From assembly GCA_027604505.1 (NCBI GenBank), contig JADIIX010000011.1:248001-280204 (forward strand): DNA of 32,204 bases. The letters are read 5' to 3'. The DNA comes from Gonapodya sp. JEL0774 (Eukaryota). The translations under genes and the position numbers were made by a program. Below the pieces are notes generated by a model. The model did not search any database and was not told the DNA's origin. It was given only the letters and a program-made list of their open reading frames with translations. Positions 22,790-32,204 of this stretch are shown here, one piece after another. Each line of letters begins with the position of its first letter. Position 1 is the first letter of the stretch.

Positions 22790-25700
22790 ATGCTCAACCG
22801 ATCCACGTCATCATCCAAGCATTTGGTTAGAGCGCCCGTTGTGCTCCTGTTGATTGTTGCGGCTTTCGGGACGTTTTTCCGCGCTACCGCCGTCGCCGTG
22901 CATACGCAAATTGGACGTAAGTACAGAGGAGGCCTCGAGCGATTTATACATGAAGCGCTTTCGCAGTGCCTTTTCACCTTGCAGCCGAAAATGCAAGTAA
23001 AATCAGGGGTCGAGCTCCCATCGTGTCTCCACTCCCGCCCGATGATCCTGGCCCAACCCCTCCGCCTCCCCCCCCCCCTCCTGATCCACCATCATTTGTG
23101 AATCCTCTGATAATTTCTTCGTCGCCAGTAAGCTCGCCGGTCACACTTGCTCTTTCCCCACTAACCTGCGTCTTTGTCCTTCTCACCAGACTAGTACGTC
23201 GTGTTGTTCCCTATCAAGCTGCAACAATGGGGCATGCAGATCGTGTACAGCTCCTGGATACCCCTTTCTATGTGTTTGTGGGTCGATGCATATGAATGTT
23301 CTACTCCTGCTCAAGCGTATTAACTTGGAAGCGGTTTACAACAGCTGGAGTTGGGGGATCAACATCAGGAGATCAATGCTGGAACTCCCCATGCGAGGAT
23401 AATGGGCTACAAAGCGCGATTCAAGATGATGGAACATGCTGTGTGAGTGGCACCAGTGCCTTCATCCTCAACTCCGATTTTAAGTGTTTCACCCAAACCG
23501 GTTGAACTTCAGGATACTAGACCTTTGATACAAAAAAATGCATCGGTAAGATTTTGTTTTGCAGAACGCTATGTGAGCCATGCGGCTCAAATGGAACTTC
23601 CTGCAGAGTGGCTGTTGTGCAGTGGGATCCGTGTGCTCGTCGGGATATTGCTACAAATGCCCTCCAAGTCTAATAACTTATGAGTTTAGTTGCCTATGTG
23701 AGGCATGGCTCTTCAGATTTGCATTTCACGCAGTTACTCAATCTCTTATTGCTCGCTCTCTCGCTCAGTTCCGATTAACGTCATTCCCAGAAAGCGCCAG
23801 CTGAATCAGGAAATCAGATGTTCTCGAACGAGTTGCGCTGTATTGGGTTATCCACCAGCTTTTACTGCATGACGGCACGTGTTGTGTGAGTAAAGAGAAA
23901 AGTTTGCCGCTTTTCCCACACTGAACTGTGTGTGAACGGGGATATGAAGCCACCCGTCACAACATCTGTTATAAGCACCCTCACGACAACGAGTTTCACA
24001 CCCACATCATCCTCGACAACGAGTTTCACACCCACATCATCCTCGACAACGAGTTTCACACCAACATCATCCTCGACAACGAGTGTCACACCCACATCAT
24101 CCTCGACAACGACTGTAAGCACGACCGCCACCTCTTCCTTGACAACAAGCTTCACTCCATCGACATCCGTGACGACATCATTGACCACAAACGTCACCGC
24201 AGCAACATCCGCGACGAGCACCAGCGCTATATTCGTAATAACGACTATCAGCCCAACGGCATCTGCTTCAAGCGTTCTCACGACTACGGTGACAGTGGCT
24301 GTCACCACAACTACGATGGTACTCGGCCCATCTACTTCTTCAGCAGTGATAACTACACCAATCGGTCAGACCTCTCCAGCTTTGCCCCCAGCTTCGTCAA
24401 TAGCTGGGCCGCCGCCGCAGACTACAACTGTCCTCGCAGCACCTCCAAGCACCACACCTGGTCCAGCGGTATCCTCGCAGCCTCAGTTCTTTTCCGCTGG
24501 AGTGTTCCTACCCTTTCCACCCTTGGATCTTTTTCCGACAAGTTCTTCGGACACACCCACTATCACAGTTCCTCCTCAAACGGCATTGCTAATACCTCCA
24601 CCCTCATCGTCACTCTCGTCTAGTTCAGTTGTTATTTTACCATCGCCAACAGTATCTGCGAACGCGGTGGCGCCAGAGTCGCCTCCCAGCAACCCGCCGC
24701 CTCCGACCACTGTTGGCGCAAACGGAAGTGCCGACACACCGAATGCGCCGAACACTCCCGCAATCGTGGGAGCTGTTGTGGGGAGCTTGGTTGGAATTTT
24801 AATAGTTGGAGGGATTGTGAAATATGTGTCTCAGAAGCCGAATCCGAATGCGTGTGTAGTCGCTGCAGCCAAATCGATTTATTGGTATTCTCAGGTGTCT
24901 TCTTTTGTTGTTCAGCGATCCATCCACGCCGCCAGGTCCACCCGACTCAACGCCTACAGGCGCACACGCAACGGAAAATGGCATCGCACGAGCTGTTGTT
25001 AGCGCTCCGATCGCCACAGGTGCCGGTTCGGGTGCTAGCGCTGGTGGGAGCACGAGCGGAGGCGGACTGGCTGGAAACACGGCGTCCCCACAATATTCCG
25101 TACCACACGCTCCCTCTGGCGTTGGTACAAGCATAGCAGGGGCTCCTGGACAGGTTGCAAGTCCGGTCGGTGTGGGTGGAGGTGGAGGGGGAACGGCTGG
25201 AGCGATCAGCGGAGCTCACACAACAGGAACGGTATCGGCGACCGCCACTAGCGGTGCTACAATTCCAGGAACGGGAGTCAGTGGTACAACAACTGGTACC
25301 GTCGGAGGTCTCGGTGTGCACGGAAGTGCAACTTCGGGATTGGCAACCGCCGGTGGGAACCCTGCGACATTTACACCGGGCTGGGGAGCGGCTCAAACAG
25401 CCACTGGGAGCGCCACCACAACTTCGGGTTTGGCAACAGCAGGAGGTGGGAATGCCGCAACAATTACACCGGCCTGGGGGGCAGCTCAAACAGCCACTGG
25501 GAGCGCCACCGCAACTTCGGGGTTGGCAACAGCTGGAGGTGGGAATGCCGCAACAATTACACCAGCCTGGGGGGCGGCCCAAACAGCCACTGGGAGCGCC
25601 ACCACTGCAATTTTGCCTGCGAATGCCGCCACCGGGCTCGCGAGCACAGCTCCCACTGTTGCGCACTATGCCACTGGCGCAGCCTCAACGACGGGCGCAA

Positions 25701-25954
25701 TCGCCTACCTGCCATCTAGCATGGCCGTTACTGCAGGAGCGGCTTCTAAATCTGCGGTGGGAGCTGCCTCTGTTGGGCCAGGTGGAGCATTCAGTGGCAT
25801 GGGCCCTGTTGGATACACAGCCGTAGGTGTTGAGGGGCAAGTTGCGAGGGCAGCATTGATGGGAGCTGGTGTGGCAGCTGCGACGACGAAGACTACTGGT
25901 ACTGGAGCGAAGGGTGATTCTTCAAGAAGGAGAGACTATGGTGGACCCAGATGA
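22790..25954 (+). CDS. Type I cell-surface protein: signal peptide, Pro-rich linker, 2 Cys-rich modules, Ser/Thr mucin stalk, TM helix, Gly/Ala/Thr repeat tail (one apparent frameshift)
   Basis: Signal-like APVVLLLIVAAFGTFFRATAVA. Cys exons 23190-23277, 23345-23442, linker 23513-23545, 23607-23697, 23769-23885. Stalk exon from ~23950. TM helix AIVGAVVGSLVGILIVGGIV. Intron 24852-24915. TGA at 25952-25954. Exon 23769-23885 is 1 nt too long. Confidence 0.75.
23986..24110 (+). repeat. 30-bp coding tandem repeat (TTSFTPTSSS) x~4
   Basis: acaacgagtttcacacccacatcatcctcg repeated nearly perfectly. Confidence 0.9.
25331..25605 (+). repeat. 90-93 bp coding repeat x3 (TSGLATAGG(G)NxATxTPxWGAAQTATGSAT) in predicted cytoplasmic tail
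   Basis: Units start at about 25331, 25421 and 25514. Confidence 0.85.
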
Positions 25955-27004
25955 AAGGTGATCAGCAGTCTACGCCAAGGATCCAGTGTTACTCCAATCC
26001 TATCTTACTTGGACATTATATGTTTGTGTGTTGGTAATTTATGAAGAATCAAGACGTCTGTGATGATACCATCGACCAGTGCCCCCCGTCCCCCGGCCAT
26101 TCCCTCTTGATCTTCCATCTGCTGTGTGCACACGCATTCGTTTTTAACGTGTTTCAACCTGAGCGTCCCAAATTATGAGATTGCGATGCAGGGGTGGAGC
26201 CAGAGCCTGAGGATATGGTGAGGTTTCGTGAGAAAGGCGTCAGGGTTGTTGCTTCGCGACCTTCAAGGAGCGGCTAGTTTTAGTGTCTCCGACGCAGATC
26301 AGCTCTTGGAAGCCAAGTGCCATGATGGATGTATTTGGCGCAACAGCTCCATGGGTCGACGACGGCAACAACGATTTGGAACATTCACTCAAATGAGAGC
26401 TTGTGCAACCACAACCAAGTAGGTGCTCCTACTTTGTAAATTTATTGATGGATAATTCATTACATGTTAACTTAGTGCACGTCCGTACTGTCTTGTGTCC
26501 ATCACCTTTAACATTCACGCCTGTATTGCTGCGCTCCCTTTTGCGGTTACTTCTGCAGATTATTTGCCGGATTCTTTATTTGAATGGCGAGTCATCAGCC
26601 CGCGAGAGGTAAGTCACAGCAGAAGAGAAATGCAAATGTACTTCGAATCAACCTCATTCGCTGCGATTCGTGTCTTCCAGGAATCTTTCGTTGTGACCAC
26701 CGCACTAGCTTCATTCGCCTGAGATACACGGGAATGGTGCAAGACACGTTCATTCGATCACTTCCGTACCCAGAAATCATGGACGAACACGCTCAGAGCA
26801 AAATATTCACAGGTCCATCGATATCGATCCGCTAGAAGAAAGAGATAGCCTTGATGTGGGCTTGCAGGAACGGAATCAGCGTGTTTCGTCCGATATCGAT
26901 ATTCGAATACATATCGCGGCGAACACAGAACGCAAAATGGATTCGGGCACAGAGAAAGGCACTCTCGACGACTTCTGCAAAAGTTGTCGCAAACACCAAT
27001 GACT

Positions 27005-27016
27005 NNNNNNNNNNNN
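27005..27016. other. Assembly gap (12 N) next to a C-rich tract
   Basis: N run followed by gcccgtgccccccccgccccgcccgccc. Confidence 0.95.
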
Positions 27017-28600
27017 GCCCGTGCCCCCCCCGCCCCGCCCGCCCACACCGCATGTCACGATACTAGGGTGCCATCCAACCAAAGGAATCACTTTGTTCAT
27101 TAAATCGAGCAAGCAGGGTTTGTTATAAATTCAAGAGCCCAACAGGTTCGTTCTAGTGTAAATGAGCCCCAAGATATCGCGGGTTCGACTGGGGTGTGCC
27201 GTCGTGGCAATTCACCCTTCCTTCTTCTCGGTGGGGCTCAAGCATTTCAGGTTTGTTCCTCACAAAGTAATCGAAGATCCATTTGATCGATGACGAAGAG
27301 GATGTAGAAAAGTCAATGCTCATGATATGGTGGATATCGACGAATCGCGTCGCGGTCATTCTTCCCCCACGCGATTCCAAGCAGACACACAGAGAGAACC
27401 CATGCAATAGGTCAAGCTCGAGGCCTCAAATCCTAATAGTAGTTGGCGGCTTGCATCCACCAACAGCAATTTGGAGGTGACAAATGTCGAATTGCTGGAG
27501 ACTGCTGATCGCGGACATCTCCTCGTGAACGACTCACAGAAGCTGTGAATGGCTGGACAAGAAACGAGCGATCCGTCTAATTTTTTTTTTTTTGGACCCA
27601 GGGTTTAGGTAAGTAAGGTTTCTGAGGTCCAAAGCCGATCGAGCGAGGTGTTGCTGACATGATATGCTTCCTGGTTCCCTCCTGGGGACCACTGCAGGCC
27701 CCAGAAGCCAAACATTTACGCCAAGAGAGGTTCGGAGTCGCAAAACCCATGCATATCGAGAAGATTGCTGTGGAACCCCATTGAGCGTCACACGATAGCT
27801 GCTACGTCTCGCGCAATGACGTTGAGCGCCAAGGAGCGCCGCTTGATTGGTGCCCAACACAACACTGTGTTGGTGTTGGGTGTTCCGTCGCTCTCAGTCA
27901 TCTCACTCCAACTCCCGTCGCCTAATTTTTCCTTGAGCTTCTCCCTTTCTTCAACCCTTCTAACCTTGAACCATCCGGTGTTGGCTCTGCGAGACAAAAG
28001 CTCACCGAGGGTCCAGGGACTGACTCGGGCAAGTTCCGCAAGAACTTTCTCAGGTCTCATTGAGAATGACAGGCAAAGAGTGCAGGGAATCATGTGAGTG
28101 CTCGCAGAATGTGATAGGGGATGTTCAGCGCCGGGTATGTGTTTCGATCTTCTCCCCAAACAGCCGTAGATGTGTTCGTCATTCCGTGTTGCCGACGGTT
28201 CAAAACCAGAAAGTATAAATTCATTGTTTATTCTGGCGCATGAAACGTCGGGCTCCGACTTGCACGAAAGACTTTCATGTGTGTGGGTAGCGATTTGTGG
28301 ATCTGATGTGGTGACGGTCCGACGATGAACGCACAGCCCGATCCCGAAGCAAAGAAATCTTTCGTCAATCAATGAAATCATTGTGATGAGGGAACAAAGG
28401 TGGTGGGAAAAGGAGGATCGATTTCTCTCTCGTCATCTTGTTTTCCGTCATATCCGGGTGTTGTTGGCCATGGGTTGAGGAGAAACCCTTTTGTGCCTAA
28501 GTGAGGCGGTACTCCTGGGGTTGCCGTTCTGCATTCCTATAATACGGTGAAAAACCTTTACGAGTTTTTCGATTTTAAGAGCATCGAGTGGATCAGAAGA

Positions 28601-31600
28601 ATGCGACATCAGCCCTCTTATCGAGCCTCGTATCGGCCTCCGCTGACCCGTATCGTACTTTTGCTCGTGCTGCTGCACGTGGTGGCCCTGGTCTCAGTGT
28701 CAGCGCAACACCCGCAAATACGACACGAACGCGTCCAGGAAAGAAGTCGTGAGTGCGATTTTCTCTCCAAAGGGAGTTATTGCGCGGCTCTGACTTGTCT
28801 CGTGTTTGATTTGCTCCTTCGCTCAATGGTTGCTAGCTCACAAAAATGTTCTGGTGCTGCGAGACGTGAGTCACAAGGTTTCGCAATTTTATGCGAAAGC
28901 CGCATTTTCGACAGTGCTGTCTCACTGTGGTTGCTTGCTTTTCTCCTCGTAGCCACCGAGTCCGCCAAACTCCCCTCCATCTGGGGGACAAACCCCATCT
29001 GTTCCACCCCCCACCTCGCCCACAAATCCCCCACCGACGCCTCCAGACCCACCTTCCGCTCCTCCATCCACTCCTCCATCCAATCCACCGCCTTCTCCGT
29101 CCGAGGTCCCACCATCTCCACCTACTCCCCCACCACCTCCACCTACTCCCCCACCACCTCCCCCACCACCAGCACCGAGTCCACCGCCCCCAGACTTGCC
29201 ACCACCTCCCGCTCCGACCCCTACTTCATCTCCACCACCTCCCACACCTCCTCCCCCTTCACCGTCGCCCCCAGACTTGGCACCTCCTCCCACTCCGACC
29301 CCACCTTCAGCTCCACCAACTCCCCCCCCACCACCGCCTCCACAACCGGCGAGCTCACCGTCCCCAGCCTTGCCGCCTCCGCCCGCTTCTACGCCTGCTT
29401 CATCTCCACCAACCCCCCCTCCACCGCCGCAAGTCCCACCCCCCTCGCCACCTCCAGCCTCAGCGCCCCCGCCGCAACCCTCTGGGCCGTCGCCAATACC
29501 ATCCGCGCCTTCTCCGTCACCAGGTGACTCCTCGGTGAATGCTCCATCTCCGTTTCCCACGGGAGTTGGTATTGCTGCTATCGTTCCAGGGAAGCTACCA
29601 CCGTTCAACCCCGGAGGAATCCCTCCTCCCCCTCCATCGTTCCCAGACCCAGCCCAATGGGTTCCCGAAACATTAACTCCATCTCCCTCCGTGAGTCGAG
29701 ATTACTTCCAAGTCATTTGTTGTCAGTCGAGAATTTCCTGTGCTTCCCTTTCCACCAGTCGAGCACCACCTGTTGCCCCTCCCAATCGGTTTGCAAGGAC
29801 AGTATATGCAGATCGTGTCCGTCCAACTACCCTAATTCCTGTCGCCGTGAGTTGAGTGCACTCCTCCCTTCGAATAGAGCTCACAGGTAACCATTTACGT
29901 TTCACCAAAATAGAAACCCCGACATCTGAGGTTGAATGCCATAGAGAGAATTGCCTGGCGATCGGATATGTATTCGCCTATCCAAGTCTGAACGACGGAA
30001 GTTGCTGCGTGAGTGATTTCGGCCTTCGTTGTTTAATAACGTGACGAGAACTGCCAACCGCAAAAGATTGTAAATAATCCTCGCAGGCTAATCTCAGTCC
30101 AATCCAAGCGTCTCCAGCTGTATGTTTCTCGGACCTTGCGCTCGTGGAAGTTAATCATATACGCTTATCTTCTTTCTTCTGCGGGCTTAGGGTGGTGCTT
30201 GTTGCGCGACAGGTTCCTGGTGCCAATCAGGCACTTGCTACACGTGCCCTCCTGGACAACCAAACAATTGCTTTAGTGAGTTGCTCCCTTTGCATTGTCT
30301 CCTTCTCCTTTTGCATCTTTTGGTGATCTGCGGTGTATCAAGATATGCCCCCGGTTCCTCGGAAGCGCCAAGTAACTCCGGAATACATATGTTCGCGTCT
30401 TTCATGTAGCCCTTCCTACCCGACAGCGCTGTTCAACCAAGAAGATGGCACGTGCTGTGTGAGTTTGCTGAACACGAAGACGATGCCCTTCCTTTTGTGC
30501 ATTTTGTTTCTCACTTGAATTTCTTCGCAACCTTGTGATCACAAGCCAAACGTGCCACCGACCATAACAACAGCGGTAAGCAGTTGCTGCGTGTCGACTG
30601 ATTTCATATTTGAGGAAATTCAGTTGCTTTGGTTTTTCTGGTGTCACGACACTAGACCGGTTGCTGTTCCGCAGGGGCGTATTGCGCTTCCAAGAAATGC
30701 TACACTTGCCCGAGCGACAAACCCTACTATTGCATTAGTGAGTGTGGTAAACTGGAACGTCTGCGATGCAACACATAGCGTTGGTTCGGGGTCGTTGATC
30801 TCTGCATCCTGGACGCAGGCAATTCGGACGATGCATGCTACGCGGTAGATTGCTACAAGATTGGATTACAGCGGGGGTTCCCCTTTATTGATGACGGTAC
30901 CTGTTGTGTGAGTTGTTACTGGCTCTTGGCCATGATCACTCGAACTCACCACCACGTCCATGATGATCACAGCCGGCGCCCGTGCCCCCTCCCCCAATCA
31001 CAAAAACACCTTCGGTGAGTTGAGTCCTCTGTGGAAAACAGATATATTAATTCGACCCCCCAACCTATTCTTCTTTGTTGTGTCTTTTCTGCCACAGGCT
31101 GGTTGTTGCCCAAGTGGATCATGGTGCTCTTCTAAAGCATGCTATACATGTCCTTCGGACTCGCCTTATGCATGCTATGGTGAGCTTCGATTATTGGAAA
31201 CCGCATAGCGCCAACAAGGCCACAAATTCACTCTTGTCTGTATTCCTATATTGTGCACCATCTGTCAGATCGCCGGGTCTTCAGGAAGCGCCAAACTGAA
31301 TCTATATACTGCTACAAGAGTCCTTGCGACCCAACACAATATTTTTATGATGCATTCTCATCAAGAGATGACGGCACATGCTGCGTGAGTTCTCGAGTTC
31401 GCCCGCCATCGACAACACATTAAATTCCCTTGTATTCTCCTTCAAAGTATCCTACGACCACTACCACCAATATCCCAACGACTACTCTCACAACGACCCC
31501 GGGACTGACATCCACCGAAACCAAGACGACAACTGTAACGGTCACTCCAACTCCAACTACTTCTCTGACCGCAACGCTCACCCTAACCTCATCCACCACG

Positions 31601-32204
31601 ATGACAATCACCCAAACAACTTCCGAGACGACGACGGTCACTCCTGCGACATCCACCACATTGACAATCACCCAAACCACTTCGGAGACGATAACAGTTA
31701 GCCCCACAACCTCCACCACAATGTCAATCACCCAAACAACGTCGGAGACGATGACAGTCAGCCCAACGACATCCGCAACAATGACAATCATTCCTACAAC
31801 ATCGGAAACGATGACAATAGATTCATCCACCTCCGAGATAGTCACTTCCGCAATTGCACCAACCACATCACCACTTCCACCAATCACCTCGATCCCCACG
31901 CCTCCTCCGACAACCGCATCTGCATCGGCACCACCAAGTCCCATGCCAAGTCCAGAGACGACGTCTTTTGAATTCTTCGGGGTCACAGTTTCGTTTCCCT
32001 TTTTCCCACCACCGGATGCTACAAGTCCTCCGGCTCAGCCGACATATCCTCCCCAAACCGCACTGTTGACACCTCCACCTCCACCTCCACCTCCACCTCC
32101 ACCTCCACCTCCACCTCCACCTCCACCTCCACCACCACCACCACCACCACCGCCAACTCATCCACCTCCACCTCCGCCACCACCGCCCCCTCCACCCCCA
32201 GCTA
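28601..32204 (+). CDS. Paralogous secreted/cell-surface protein: signal peptide, long Pro-rich region, 4 Cys-rich modules, Thr-rich stalk, poly-Pro (3' end outside window)
   Basis: Signal-like RIVLLLVLLHVVALVSVSA-Q. Exons 28601-28748, 28837-28865, 28953-29690, then 29759-29846/29914-30008/30087-30119, 30191-30275/30343-30458/30546-30575, 30656-30737/30819-30907/30973-31014, 31098-31179/31269-31384, and 31448-end. All phases are consistent. Confidence 0.8.
31590..31825 (+). repeat. 60-bp coding repeat (STTMTITQTTSETxTVxPxT) x~4
   Basis: Recurrent atgacaatcacccaaacaacttccgagacg-like units at a 60-nt period. Confidence 0.8.
32071..32153 (+). repeat. (ACCTCC)n then (ACC)n microsatellite encoding poly-proline
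   Basis: Directly visible in the sequence. Confidence 0.95.

Noticed and set aside
23986..24110. CRISPR-like array
   Set aside because: Head-to-tail coding repeats without unique spacers, in a eukaryotic exon; no cas genes.
26200..28400. Possible gene relic between the two surface-protein genes (e.g. ORFs 27788-28381 and 27153-27407, minus strand)
   Set aside because: No recognisable motif or consistent exon chain, and the region is interrupted by an assembly gap.

Overview
Intron-rich eukaryotic DNA with short GT-AG introns, mostly 55-90 nt. Gene content and style suggest a fungus, probably an early-diverging one (inference). Left to right: a Sec14/CRAL-TRIO gene (+); a PlsC/SLC1-type acyltransferase (-); a CSL (LAG-1/RBPJ/Cbf11-12 family) transcription factor (-); and an RRS1 copy with an in-frame TAA (-). 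Next is a ~7.7 kb strongly CpG-depleted island (~9.2-16.9 kb) of decayed genes. Reversing CpG decay reconstructs a TET/JBP-type 2OG-Fe(II) dioxygenase (+) convergent with a ParB/Srx domain fused to a degenerate beta-class N6A/N4C DNA-methyltransferase fold (-), plus a third unidentified relic gene. This looks like a dead DNA-modification cassette, probably mobile. After the island come a nine-exon membrane P-loop NTPase with TM segments between Walker A and Walker B (bacterial/KAP-like architecture) and two tandem paralogous cell-surface mucin-like genes. These two genes are built from an unrecognised three-exon 10-Cys module with RKRQ sites in every second copy. All domain calls are by-eye motif matches; no database search was run.
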